DNA from: Longimicrobiales bacterium
GTDB taxonomy: Bacteria; Gemmatimonadota; Gemmatimonadetes; Longimicrobiales; Gaopeijiaceae
Assembly: GCA_965249725.1 (NCBI GenBank)
Contig: CBDFMQ010000002.1
Location: 1,472,001-1,536,000, forward strand
Length of the DNA stretch: 64,000 nt
Direction: 5' to 3'
The translations under genes and the position numbers were made by a program. Positions 20,065-29,756 of this stretch are shown one piece after another (position 1 is the first letter of the stretch; each line of letters begins with the position of its first letter). The notes below the pieces were generated by a model. That model saw nothing but the letters and a program-made list of their open reading frames with translations, had not been told where the DNA came from and ran no database searches.

Positions 20065-21464
20065 TAGCCGGTCTCCTCCGTCGCGAGGGCCCCGGCCAAC
20101 TCGGTGAATCGCCGCCCGCGCTCCTCGTAGTCCTCGAACATGTCGAAGCTCGAGCACGCCGGAGAGAGGAGCACCACGTCTCCGGGGTGCGCCGCGGCTG
20201 CGGCGGCCTCGATCACGTGGTCGAAGTCGCCTTCGATGAGTTCGACCTGTACACGCTCCGAGAGGCTCTGCTCGATGCGGGGACCAGCCTCACCGTACGC
20301 GAGCACGCGTGCATCGGCCTCTACGAGGGCAGACGCCAGCGGCGAGAAGTCCTCATCTTTGTCCTTGCCGCCCAACAGGACGATGAGCGGCCCTTCCAAG
20401 CTGGTGATCGCCCGGCGAGCCGCAGCCACATTGGTGGCCTTGGAGTCGTTCACCCAGCGGATCCCTTTGCCTTCCGCCACCTGTTCCGTGCGGTGGGGCA
20501 ACGAGCGGGCGGTGGCCAGACCGCGTTGGATGGCAGCCGTCGACGCCTGTGCCAAGCTGGCGACGATGGCCGCGGCGAGGGCGTTCTCGACGTTGTGAGC
20601 ACCCAACAGCCCGAGCCGGTCGACCGGGATGAGGATCTCTTTCTCCCCCGGCACCATCTCGAGAGTCAGGTCGTCTCTATCGAGATAGGCTCCGCGCACA
20701 TCAGTATTCTTCGTGCTGAAGCCAAAGCGCTCTCCCGGTACCTCGGCGGCCAGTTTCCGCACGGCCCCGTCGTCGTCGTTGAGGACCCAGCGGCTGTCCT
20801 CATCGGCGTTGCGGAAGAGGTTGGCCTTGTCCGAGTAGTACTCCTCTACGGACGAGTACCGGTCCAGGTGGTCCGGAGCCAGGTTCGTCACCACCCCGAT
20901 GTCGGCTCGGAGCCGATCGATGCCGGCAAGCTGGAACGAGCTCATCTCCACCACGTACCACGCCGGACCATGTTCCCGAAGCGCCAGCTCCGAGGCCGCG
21001 GGTCCGAAAGCCTGGCCGATATTGCCGCCGAGGGCCACGTCCTGCCCATCGCTCTCGAGCAGGTGTGCAACCAGTGCCGCGGTCGTGGTCTTGCCGTTCG
21101 TTCCGGTCACGACGATTAGTGGACCATCGAAGAAGCGAAAGGCGAACTCAGGCTCAGAGATCCATCGTACGCCCCGTTCAGAGAGCCCCCTGAGGACGGG
21201 AGCATCCGGGGGGATGCCTGGACTGACGACGACGGTCTCAGCCGCGGCGATTCGGTCCATGGGATGCTCGCCGAGATCGACCTCGACTCCGAGACCTCTG
21301 AGCTCGTCTCCACGAGCATGAGCTGTGGAGTCGCTGCGCAAATCCGAGACATGAACTCTACCTCCCTTTTCGAGTGCCAACCGAGCCGCCGCCCTGCCGG
21401 ACGCGGCCAAACCCACCACGGCGATCTCCTCGCCGTGCAAACCGTCAGACGTACCGTTTCTCAT
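20064..21464 (-). CDS. murD: UDP-MurNAc-L-Ala--D-glutamate ligase
   Basis: VTGTNGKTTT, EMSSFQL, NLAPDHLDRY, NDSKATN, LSPACSSFDMF..YEERG. Confidence 0.96.
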   Translation of the reverse strand: MRNGTSDGLHGEEIAVVGLAASGRAAARLALEKGGRVHVSDLRSDSTAHARGDELRGLGVEVDLGEHPMDRIAAAETVVVSPGIPPDAPVLRGLSERGVRWISEPEFAFRFFDGPLIVVTGTNGKTTTAALVAHLLESDGQDVALGGNIGQAFGPAASELALREHGPAWYVVEMSSFQLAGIDRLRADIGVVTNLAPDHLDRYSSVEEYYSDKANLFRNADEDSRWVLNDDDGAVRKLAAEVPGERFGFSTKNTDVRGAYLDRDDLTLEMVPGEKEILIPVDRLGLLGAHNVENALAAAIVASLAQASTAAIQRGLATARSLPHRTEQVAEGKGIRWVNDSKATNVAAARRAITSLEGPLIVLLGGKDKDEDFSPLASALVEADARVLAYGEAGPRIEQSLSERVQVELIEGDFDHVIEAAAAAAHPGDVVLLSPACSSFDMFEDYEERGRRFTELAGALATEETG

Positions 21465-22567
21465 CTGATCTTCAGGGCGCTGAACGCGACCATCGCGGAC
21501 AGAATTCCCATGATCCAAAACCGCACGACCACCTTGCTTTCAGGCCAACCCAACTGCTCGAAGTGGTGGTGTATCGGAGCCATCTTGAAGAGCCTCTTCC
21601 CCGCCCCGTACTTGCGTGCCGTATGCCGGAAGTAACCGACCTGGAGCATCACCGAGACGACCTCGACGACGAACACGGCACCCACGATTACCAAGAGGAA
21701 CTCGGCCTTGAGCAGAATCGCCATGGCGCCGATCACACCGCCGAGCGCCAGCGATCCCGTGTCACCCATGAACACCTCGGCCGGGTGGCCGTTGTACCAC
21801 AAGAAGCCCAAACAACCGCCCGTGAGACCGAGGGCCAGGATCGTGAGCTCGCCCGCCCCGGGGAGGTAGAACAACCCCAGGTACGCCGAGCTGTCGACCC
21901 GACCCAGGAGGTATGCAAAGATCCCGAACGTGGCCGCGGCGATGGCGGTCAGGCCGGCCGCTAGGCCGTCCAGGCCGTCCGTGATGTTCACCGCGTTGGA
22001 GCTCCCCGAGATCACGAACGCCACGAAGGGCACGTAGGCCCACGGAGCGAACACGAGGGAGAGATCCGAGAAGAAGGGCAGCATCGTCCGGTTCGGATCC
22101 ACCGGAGAGATCGGGTGCAGCAGCAGGAACAGCCCAAGCGCGAGGCCGAACGCCCATTGGCCCGTCATCTTGTAACGCGCCACCAGGCCGGCCGTGCGTC
22201 CCTGGACCACCTTGAGGTAGTCGTCCATGAAGCCGATGGCGCCCATGGCCACCAGCGTCAGGAGGGCGAGCACCGTGTACCAGTTCGTGAGCTCCGCCCA
22301 GAGCAGCGTCGAGAGCACCGTAGCCATGAGGATCAGAACACCCCCCATGGTCGGCGTGCCGGCCTTCTCGAGGTGGGTCGCCGGACCTTCGCTCCGAACG
22401 ACCTGCCCGACACGGAGTCGCGTGAGAGCACGGATGGTGGCCGGCCCCAACACGAAGGCGAGGACCAGGGAGGTGACGAGAGCGCCCGCCGCCCTGAAGG
22501 TGATGAAGCGGAAGAGGTTGAAGACGATGTGGACGTCGGCCAAACCCGGAAGCAGATGATAGAGCAT
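21461..22567 (-). CDS. mraY: Phospho-MurNAc-pentapeptide transferase
   Basis: KAGTPTMGG, DDYLK, NAVNITDGLDGL, FMGDTGSL, MAPIHHHFE. Confidence 0.97.
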   Translation of the reverse strand: MLYHLLPGLADVHIVFNLFRFITFRAAGALVTSLVLAFVLGPATIRALTRLRVGQVVRSEGPATHLEKAGTPTMGGVLILMATVLSTLLWAELTNWYTVLALLTLVAMGAIGFMDDYLKVVQGRTAGLVARYKMTGQWAFGLALGLFLLLHPISPVDPNRTMLPFFSDLSLVFAPWAYVPFVAFVISGSSNAVNITDGLDGLAAGLTAIAAATFGIFAYLLGRVDSSAYLGLFYLPGAGELTILALGLTGGCLGFLWYNGHPAEVFMGDTGSLALGGVIGAMAILLKAEFLLVIVGAVFVVEVVSVMLQVGYFRHTARKYGAGKRLFKMAPIHHHFEQLGWPESKVVVRFWIMGILSAMVAFSALKIR

Positions 22568-24042
22568 CAGGCCTCCAACCCGCCCGATGCCGGCACGACA
22601 CCGAAGTCCCGACCGAAGTCCCGACCGAAGTCCCGACCGAAGTCCCGCTCGAAAAAGGGAATCACACGCTCCAAAGCGAAGCCGCGCGAAGCCTTGATCA
22701 GAACCACCTCGTCTCCCTGCAGTCGGCCCCTGAGCTCTTCGTAGGCTTCGAGCGGGTCCACCGAGACGATGGCCGAGGTGCTGCCGGTCGACGGGGACAT
22801 CCGCTCCGCGGCACCGGCGAAGTCGCCGGTCGCCACCAGCAGATTCACCTTCATGGTCGCGGCATCGGCGAGAAGGGCCTCGTGGATCTCCTCGCTGCGG
22901 CCGCCCAGCTCCAGCATGCTGCCGAGGAAGGCCACCTTGGTGCGCTCGGGCTCGATGGCCAGCAGAAGATCAAGCGCGGCTCGCGTGCTCTGCGGGTTCG
23001 CGTTGTAGCAGTCCAGAAGCAGGGTCAATCCGCCCAACTGTCGGATCTCACCCCGCATGGATCCCGCCTTGAGGGCACTGACACCCCTGGCCGCGTCCGC
23101 GGCCGGGACGTCCAGCAAGTCCGCCACGGTCAGGGCGAGCAGCGCGTTGCTCACGGAATGGCGTCCCGGAACCCTCAAGTGGACCGGCTCACCCCGCCAC
23201 AGGAAGCTCCAATAGCCCCGGCCGTCCATCGTCGCAGCGTCGGGCTGGAGGTCGGGATCGGCCGCGTCACCCCACCCGGCCACCCGGACCTGAGGAAACA
23301 CTGTGCGGGCTTCCGAGGGCAGGATCGGCGGATCGTCACCCACCACGGCGCTCCCGTCGGCCGGAAGCCCGCGGAGCAGGTCCAGCTTCTCACCGAGCAC
23401 GCCCTCCAAGGATCCGAGCTTCTCGATGTGCGTCTCGGAGACCGTCGTAACGACGCCGATCGCCGGTGCGGCGATCTCGGTGAGGGCGCGGATCTCCCCG
23501 GGCTCGTTGGTGCCCATCTCCAGCACCACGACTTCGACGTCGTCCGGCGCGTCGAGCAGGGTGAGGGGCAAGCCCACTCGGTTGTTGAAGTTGCCACGGG
23601 TAGCATGGAGCTTCCGCGATCCCTCGAGGGCGGCCTGCGTGAGGTCCTTCGTGCCCGTCTTCCCCGATGATCCGGTGATGCCCACCACCGTGGCGCTCAG
23701 GTGTGTCCGACGGTACCCGGCCAGGCGGCCCAACGCCTCTAGCGTGTCATCGACCGGATAGACTTTGGCGTCGCCCTGCACATCGATGTGCCGCGAAACG
23801 ACGGCCCCAGTCGCACCTCGCTCGAGGGCCGCGGTCACATAGTCGTGACCGTCGAAGTTGTCGCCTTCCAGGGCCACGAAGAGGTGCCCGTGGCCCGCGG
23901 TGCGGCTGTCGGTCGTCACTCCCGTGAAGCGTACGGGGTCGTTGCCCCCGCCAGAGCCGCCCACAGAGGCCGAGGCGTCCACCCCGGGTAGGCCCAGCGC
24001 CGCTCTCACGTGGCCGTCGGTCCAAGCGAAGCCGCCGGTCAT
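22567..24042 (-). CDS. murF: UDP-MurNAc-tripeptide--D-Ala-D-Ala ligase
   Basis: GITGSSGKTGTK, NFNNRVGLPLT, EMGTNEPGEI, DCYNANP, KASRG. Confidence 0.95.
   Translation of the reverse strand: MTGGFAWTDGHVRAALGLPGVDASASVGGSGGGNDPVRFTGVTTDSRTAGHGHLFVALEGDNFDGHDYVTAALERGATGAVVSRHIDVQGDAKVYPVDDTLEALGRLAGYRRTHLSATVVGITGSSGKTGTKDLTQAALEGSRKLHATRGNFNNRVGLPLTLLDAPDDVEVVVLEMGTNEPGEIRALTEIAAPAIGVVTTVSETHIEKLGSLEGVLGEKLDLLRGLPADGSAVVGDDPPILPSEARTVFPQVRVAGWGDAADPDLQPDAATMDGRGYWSFLWRGEPVHLRVPGRHSVSNALLALTVADLLDVPAADAARGVSALKAGSMRGEIRQLGGLTLLLDCYNANPQSTRAALDLLLAIEPERTKVAFLGSMLELGGRSEEIHEALLADAATMKVNLLVATGDFAGAAERMSPSTGSTSAIVSVDPLEAYEELRGRLQGDEVVLIKASRGFALERVIPFFERDFGRDFGRDFGRDFGVVPASGGLEA
22601..22647. repeat. 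12-bp tandem repeat (CCGAAGTCCCGA) x4 inside the murF 3' end
   Basis: Directly visible; encodes RDFG x4. Confidence 0.95.
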
Positions 24043-25526
24043 GCAGCACCCCCGAGCTCGGCCAGACGCTCCTGGACAACCCGACGCTCATCGAAGGGCC
24101 GGCTCTCGGTGCCGATCACCTGATAGCTCTCGTGGCCCTTACCGGCGAGAAGAACCAAGTCACCGTCTCGGGCGGCGGCCAGCGCCATGCTGATGGCCTC
24201 TCGGCGGTCGGCGTGACGCTGATGACTGGAGCCCGACATCCCGGCGACGACCTCATCGATGATCGACTCGGGATCTTCCGTCCGTGGATTGTCGGACGTG
24301 ACGACCGCCAGGTCCGCGCCTTGGGCAACGGCCGCACCCATCTCGGGGCGCTTGCCCCGGTCCCGATCACCGCCGGCGCCGAACACCACGATGATCCGGC
24401 CGCTCACCAGCGGTCTGAGCGTGGCCAGCACGCTGCGCAGCGCCTCTGCGGTATGGGCGAAGTCGATGAGGATGGAGTATGGCTCCCGGGCCACGATCTC
24501 GAGTCGCCCCGGGACCTGCGGAACGGTCGCCAGCCGCGCGGCGATCGCCTCCACGTCCATCCCTGCCGCCGTCCCCGCGCCCGCCGCGGCCAACGAGTTC
24601 TCTACGTTGAAACGGCCGAGGAGCGGGAGGTTCACCTCTGCCGCTCCCTCATCCGCCAGGGTGATGCGGAAGCGGGTCCCGTGTGCTTCGGGTGCCAGCG
24701 CCTCCGCCCTGAGCTCGGCGGGAGAGTCCACACCGTAGGTCAACGTGCGGCGGCCCTCCAAGGGCAACGAGCGCCAGTCAGCGACGTCCGCGTTGACCAC
24801 CGTGAGTCCCTCGTCCTTCATCAGATCCAGAAGGTGCGCTTTGGCCCCGAAGTAGCTCGCCATGTCCGGGTGGTAGTCCAGGTGATCCTGGGAGAGGTTG
24901 GTGAAGACGGTCGCGTCGAAGCGCATGCCGTCGAGCCGCTGCTGCTCCAGAGCGTGAGAGGAGGCCTCCACCGCAACCGAGTCGACCCCGTCGTCTGCGA
25001 GCGAGCCGAGCCAGTGCGACAACTGCACGGGCCCTGGGGTCGTGAGCCCCTCTGTGCCGGCGCGAACGGAACCGTCTGAATCCACCAAGCCGAGCGTGCC
25101 CACGGCGGCCGCGGATCCAGACTCGTCGAGGAGGTGCCGGGTGATGAGGGCTGTGGTCGTCTTCCCATTGGTTCCGGTGATGCCGACCGTGAAGAGGCGC
25201 TCCCAAGGGGACCCCAGAACCGTGTCAGCGGCCAGGGCCGCCGCGCGACGTCCGTCCGACACCTGAAGCTGAGGGATGCCGGCCTCCGGCACGTGGCGCT
25301 CGACCACTGCCGCTACGGCCCCCGCTCGGGCGGCCGGCGCGACAAAGTCGTGGGCGTCCCACTCGGACCCACGCCATGCCAGGAACAGATCCCCCTCCTG
25401 GACGGAGCGGGAGTCTTGGGATACTCCTGAAACGGCGACGTCCTCCGGACCGTGGAGCTCATCGATGAGACCCGCAGTCCGGAGGACTCTCGCGACCGAC
25501 GCGAGGGTGGTGGGAGCGTTAGCCAT
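24039..25526 (-). CDS. murE: UDP-MurNAc-dipeptide--diaminopimelate ligase
   Basis: GITGTNGKTTT, EASSHAL, TNLSQDHLDYH, DFAHT, TSDNPR (DAP-type), AGKGHE. Confidence 0.96.
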   Translation of the reverse strand: MANAPTTLASVARVLRTAGLIDELHGPEDVAVSGVSQDSRSVQEGDLFLAWRGSEWDAHDFVAPAARAGAVAAVVERHVPEAGIPQLQVSDGRRAAALAADTVLGSPWERLFTVGITGTNGKTTTALITRHLLDESGSAAAVGTLGLVDSDGSVRAGTEGLTTPGPVQLSHWLGSLADDGVDSVAVEASSHALEQQRLDGMRFDATVFTNLSQDHLDYHPDMASYFGAKAHLLDLMKDEGLTVVNADVADWRSLPLEGRRTLTYGVDSPAELRAEALAPEAHGTRFRITLADEGAAEVNLPLLGRFNVENSLAAAGAGTAAGMDVEAIAARLATVPQVPGRLEIVAREPYSILIDFAHTAEALRSVLATLRPLVSGRIIVVFGAGGDRDRGKRPEMGAAVAQGADLAVVTSDNPRTEDPESIIDEVVAGMSGSSHQRHADRREAISMALAAARDGDLVLLAGKGHESYQVIGTESRPFDERRVVQERLAELGGAA

Positions 25527-27561
25527 CTCCCCTCCGTCCCCTCGACGAGAGGTTCACCGTGTCTCCAGGTGACAATCGTGAGCCGGGTTCGGGAACGGTG
25601 AGCGTCACAGGACCCGATCCCTCCCAGCGGACCCGCAGACCCAGTTCATGCATCCGCCTCACGGCCGCCCTGGCAGGCAGGCCCGTGACGTCGGGCACAC
25701 TGATGACGGGGGCACCGGCAGATGACTCGTCCAACTCGCTAGAGGTGTCCCGATCCCGACGGGGGGCCGGGAAGGCATCTTCCGTGGGAGGGAGAGACGC
25801 GAACCGCGTCGGTGCCTTCGCCCCTTCGGTCGGATCGACGGCCGGCGCGGCCTCGGCTCCCTCCGGAAGGGCCTGCGCCCGTGCGACCTGAGCGAGTGCG
25901 TTTCGGTTCAGCGGCGTCTGCTGAGCCGCCAGGATCGCCTGGAGCGTGGTCCGTGTCACCGGGGCTGCGGTGGATCCTCCGTAGTAGGCACCCGTCGGTC
26001 GGTCGAGCTTCACCAGAACCACCAACTGCGGATCCTCGGCCGGGAAGAAGCCGGCGAAGGAGGAGAAGTAGTCACCCGACTGATATCCGCCGTCCGACCA
26101 GGCGCGGCTCGTTCCGCTCTTTCCGGCCACCGCGAAGGTCCCGAGTCGAGCGCGAGTCCCGGTCCCGTCCTCGACCACCTTGACGAGCACCTCGGTGATC
26201 TGCCGCGTCACCTCAGGCGACACGACCTGTCTCACCATGCGGGGCTCGAAGCGCTCGACGGTCCGGCCTCTCGCGTCGCGCACCTCCTTTACTAGCCGGG
26301 GCTGCATCAGCCGGCCACCGTTGGCCAACGCACCATACGCCATCGCCATCTGCAGAGGCGTCACCGACACCTCGTACCCGATGGCGAGAGAGACCGGGGA
26401 CTGCCGGCTCCATCGCTCTGGGCGCCGGAGAGTGCCCCTGACCTCGCCGGGTAATCCGACGCCGGTGGGCGCTCCCAGTCCGAAGTCCCTCAGCGTCTGG
26501 TACTGGAGCGCCGGGGGCATGACCTGACCGGCCTTGGCCACGCCGACGTTCGAGGAGATCTCGAGGGCGTGCGCCAGAGTCATCGCTCCACCCTGCGGGT
26601 GCACGTCACTGACGGTCCGACCCTCCACCGTCCAGTGGCCGGTCTCGGTGTCGACGCTGTCCTCGAGGGCCGCGAGATCGTGCTGGAGAAGCCCCGCGAC
26701 CGTGAAGGGCTTCAGGGTCGAGCCGGGCTCGTAGGATGTGTTGATGGCCGAAAGGGAGTTCGTGGACCCATCTCGTATGGAAACCATCGCAAGGACGTCG
26801 CCGGTGCTCGGGTCCGTAATCACCAGATCACCGCCCTGTGCCTCGGTCTCCTCCACAGCTTCGACGAGAGCCTTGCGGCCGATCTCCTGTAGATCCACGT
26901 CCAGGGTGAGCACGACCTGTCCACCCTCCTCGGGTCGCTCGACCAGAACACTCTCGCCCGGAATCGGCTTGCCGAGGGGATCACGCGCCAGCACGGCACT
27001 TCCCTCGCTGCCGCGAAGCGACGCGTCGAAGGCCTGCTCCACTCCACCGTGCGCCTCGCCGTCACGAATCACTCCCAGGAGGGCGCGTGCCAGGTCGCCG
27101 CGCGGGTAGAAGCGGCGATGCTCCCTCTCCAGATAGAGGCCGCGGACGTCCGCCAGCGCCTCTCGCACGGAAGGGGGATAGGACTTCGGTAGGACCCGCC
27201 ATGGCCGTGTCGAGGTCGTGGCGTCGCGGACCACGTTACGGTCGAGCCCCAAGGTCTCGGTCAGGAGGCGCGTGACGCCCTCCACGTCGCGAAGCTCGTG
27301 CGGGGCGACGCTCACCTTGAACGTCTCCCTGCTCAGAGCGAGCTCGACGCCGGACCGGTCGAAGACCGATCCCCGCGCAGCCGGCACTTCGACGCTGGTG
27401 CGATGCTGCTGTTCGGCCTGCTGCCGCCAGGTGGCTCCCTGAGCGACCTGGATCTGCGAGGCTCGTCCGATCACGACACCTCCCGAGAGCAGCCAAGCGC
27501 TCAGAAGCACCCGACGCCGGAAGGTCACCTTCGAGCGCGCCCGCTTGCGTCGCCGCCTCAT
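25519..27561 (-). CDS. ftsI: Division transpeptidase PBP3 with C-terminal PASTA domain
   Basis: RGSVFDRSG, YEPGSTLK (SxxK), SSN, KSGT, VPDVTGL (PASTA). Confidence 0.93.
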   Translation of the reverse strand: MRRRRKRARSKVTFRRRVLLSAWLLSGGVVIGRASQIQVAQGATWRQQAEQQHRTSVEVPAARGSVFDRSGVELALSRETFKVSVAPHELRDVEGVTRLLTETLGLDRNVVRDATTSTRPWRVLPKSYPPSVREALADVRGLYLEREHRRFYPRGDLARALLGVIRDGEAHGGVEQAFDASLRGSEGSAVLARDPLGKPIPGESVLVERPEEGGQVVLTLDVDLQEIGRKALVEAVEETEAQGGDLVITDPSTGDVLAMVSIRDGSTNSLSAINTSYEPGSTLKPFTVAGLLQHDLAALEDSVDTETGHWTVEGRTVSDVHPQGGAMTLAHALEISSNVGVAKAGQVMPPALQYQTLRDFGLGAPTGVGLPGEVRGTLRRPERWSRQSPVSLAIGYEVSVTPLQMAMAYGALANGGRLMQPRLVKEVRDARGRTVERFEPRMVRQVVSPEVTRQITEVLVKVVEDGTGTRARLGTFAVAGKSGTSRAWSDGGYQSGDYFSSFAGFFPAEDPQLVVLVKLDRPTGAYYGGSTAAPVTRTTLQAILAAQQTPLNRNALAQVARAQALPEGAEAAPAVDPTEGAKAPTRFASLPPTEDAFPAPRRDRDTSSELDESSAGAPVISVPDVTGLPARAAVRRMHELGLRVRWEGSGPVTLTVPEPGSRLSPGDTVNLSSRGRRGDG

Positions 27562-27860
27562 GGGGCCCTACCGCTCAGAAGGACCATCTCGGACGCATCC
27601 GGCTGGTGCATGCCCAAGCGTTCAGCCGCTATGGTCGACACGCGCGTCCGACTCTCGAGGCGCTGGATCCTCCGCTCGAGCTCGGTCTGCTCGGACCGGG
27701 CCAGAGACGACTCGCGCTGCACCTCGTCCAAGGCCGCCAGGGCCTCGAAGGCCCTGCTCTGACGCCAGGTCACCAGGCTCAGAGAGGCGAGAAGCCCGGC
27801 GAACCCGAGGGCGAGCAGGCTGGGAGTGCCCCAGCTGCGCTGCCGGCGGCGGCGCCTCAA
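27558..27860 (-). CDS. ftsL: Cell division protein FtsL
   Basis: Short basic tail, one TM, coiled coil, RVSTIAAERLGM; lies between rsmH and ftsI; TTG start overlaps rsmH stop. Confidence 0.8.
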   Translation of the reverse strand: MRRRRRQRSWGTPSLLALGFAGLLASLSLVTWRQSRAFEALAALDEVQRESSLARSEQTELERRIQRLESRTRVSTIAAERLGMHQPDASEMVLLSGRAP

Positions 27861-28831
27861 GCCTTCCTCCAAGCCCTGAGGCGTGCGCTTCGGGCGCGCG
27901 GATTGCGAGCCACCTCGATGTCGCTCGCCCCGAGGGGCGTGCGGGTCAACGTCTTCCCCAGAGGCTCCCCACGACACGTACACAGCGGCATTCCGGGGGG
28001 GCACACGCAGGAGCGGCTCCACTCACGGAACGCGTTCTTCACCAGTCGGTCCTCTAGCGAGTGGTACGAGATCACGACCAGGGTCCCCTCGGGGGCCAGC
28101 GCCTCCCGGATTCTCGCAAGACCCTGCTCCAAAGCCTCCAACTCGCTGTTCACCGCAATCCTCAATGCCTGGAAGATCCTGGCCTTCTCCTTCGCCTTGG
28201 GCCCCCTGCCCAGTGCTCTCGAGTAGGCCGCCACGAGGTCATCGCTGGTGCGGAAGGGCGCGTCGCTCCTGCGGCTCACGACCTCCCGGGCCAACCGGCG
28301 TGCTCGAGGCTCTTCTCCGTACTCATGGAAGATCCGGGCCAACTCGGCCTCGCTGGACTCGTTCAAGACCTGGGCGGCGGTAAGGACCTCCGCGTCTTCC
28401 CCGTCCATACGCATGTCGAGGCCGACGTCGCGACGGAAGGTGAAGCCCCTCTCGTCCGCGTCGAGTTGATGCGAACTCACACCCAGATCCAGAAGCGCGC
28501 CGGCGAGCGGTTCGACGAGACCCATCTCGTCCACGGCTTCGTCGAAGCGGGTCTGCACGAAGCGAACGCGTCCGCCGAACGGGGCCAGGGCGGCTTCCGA
28601 GGCCGCTAGGGCCTCGGCATCACGATCCACCGCCAGGACACGGCACTCGCTGCACTGCTCGAGCAGCAAGCGGGAGTGTCCACCACCGCCCACAGTTCCG
28701 TCCAGGTAGAGACCGGACCCTGACGGGCCCATCAGCTCCATCACTTCGGCCGCCATTACCGGCTCGTGATATCGCACTCGATGCTCCGCCCGTTCAGTGA
28801 CCGCTACAGCGGCTCGCAGGATGAGGGCCAC
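27857..28831 (-). CDS. rsmH: 16S rRNA m4C1402 methyltransferase
   Basis: HEPVM, DGTVGGGGHS, DLGVSSHQLD, FQALRIAVN, ISYHSLEDR, NPRARSARLR. Confidence 0.96.
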   Translation of the reverse strand: MALILRAAVAVTERAEHRVRYHEPVMAAEVMELMGPSGSGLYLDGTVGGGGHSRLLLEQCSECRVLAVDRDAEALAASEAALAPFGGRVRFVQTRFDEAVDEMGLVEPLAGALLDLGVSSHQLDADERGFTFRRDVGLDMRMDGEDAEVLTAAQVLNESSEAELARIFHEYGEEPRARRLAREVVSRRSDAPFRTSDDLVAAYSRALGRGPKAKEKARIFQALRIAVNSELEALEQGLARIREALAPEGTLVVISYHSLEDRLVKNAFREWSRSCVCPPGMPLCTCRGEPLGKTLTRTPLGASDIEVARNPRARSARLRAWRKA

Positions 28832-28834
28832 GGA

Positions 28835-29263
28835 TCAGCCAAAGATCTGGTTCGAGAATTTCTGGAATTCGCCGGTTCCGGTCTGGACCGCCTCGTCGAA
28901 GTGCGTCGGATTCCAGAGCTCCACTCGATCGATGTTTCCGACGAGAAGAACGCGTCCAGCCAGGCTGGCCGCCTCTTGCAGCCAGGCCGGGACCAGAATC
29001 CGCCCCTGCTTGTCGGGGCTGACCTCCACCGCGCTCGCCGCGATGGCAAGCACATCTCCCCAAGCCTCGGGCTGGTTGCGACGGAACGTGAGGAGTCGCT
29101 CCTGAGTCTGAGCCCAGGCCTGCCGGGGAAAGAGGGTGAGGGCAGGCGCCTTCCATTGGAGCAGCACGAAGCGGTCGCCATCAGCCTCCCGGCGAAACGC
29201 CGAGGGCAAGCTGACCCGCCCCTTCTGGTCTAGTTGGTACTCGTACCTGCCCAGAAAGCTCAT
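28835..29263 (-). CDS. mraZ: Transcriptional regulator MraZ
   Basis: FLGRYEYQLDQKGRVSLP, DKQGRILVP, VELWN. Confidence 0.95.
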   Translation of the reverse strand: MSFLGRYEYQLDQKGRVSLPSAFRREADGDRFVLLQWKAPALTLFPRQAWAQTQERLLTFRRNQPEAWGDVLAIAASAVEVSPDKQGRILVPAWLQEAASLAGRVLLVGNIDRVELWNPTHFDEAVQTGTGEFQKFSNQIFG

Positions 29264-29270
29264 GGAACCG

Positions 29271-29315
29271 TGGCACTTTGTGGGGAAATATGGTGAAAAG
29301 TGGTGATCCTTGGAG
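29271..29315 (+). promoter_or_regulatory. Putative MraZ-binding repeats, proximal set
   Basis: Five TGGnn units at exact 10-bp spacing (29271, 29281, 29291, 29301, 29311) just upstream of mraZ; resembles known TGGGN-n5 MraZ boxes. Confidence 0.7.
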
Positions 29316-29500
29316 CCATAATACGGTAGGGCTTCGAGAACAGTCAACCCTTTTTGTGATAGATAGTTTTCGGTTTTTCTTTGGGTACAGGACCGAACGG
29401 TAGGACCCTTAACACGCTACGGCACCCGCACTTAGGGTTCTGATATCCGTTTCGGATTGGAGCTGGATTCGGGCAATTTCGGGAAACGGTTTTCGGTAAA

Positions 29501-29525
29501 CTCCGCCTTCCCCACTCTTCCCCAC
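29501..29525 (-). promoter_or_regulatory. Putative MraZ-binding repeats, distal set
   Basis: Minus strand reads GTGGGGAAGA-GTGGGGAAG-GCGGAG. Confidence 0.65.
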
Positions 29526-29649
29526 TCCTGGAGTCGTACCTACGGGTGGGCTCCACAGGCGCCTATTGGGCGGCACCGCACCGTGAAAACAAGGGATTGC
29601 ATGAGGGGGAGCGGACTGCCCGTGCGACTCGGGCCGGGAGGGAATGGGC

Positions 29650-29688
29650 AAAAAGAAAAGCGCCGCGGGGGGTGTCCCCCGCGGCGCT
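29650..29688 (-). terminator. Rho-independent terminator after the TPR gene
   Basis: GCGCCGCGGGG / CCCCGCGGCGC stem followed on the minus strand by TTTTCTTTTT. Confidence 0.85.
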
Positions 29689-29756
29689 CCTGGCGCGACT
29701 GCCAGCGCCCTACTACTGAGTGGTGAGCCCTACCGGCCTCGTTTGAGGCCGAAGGC

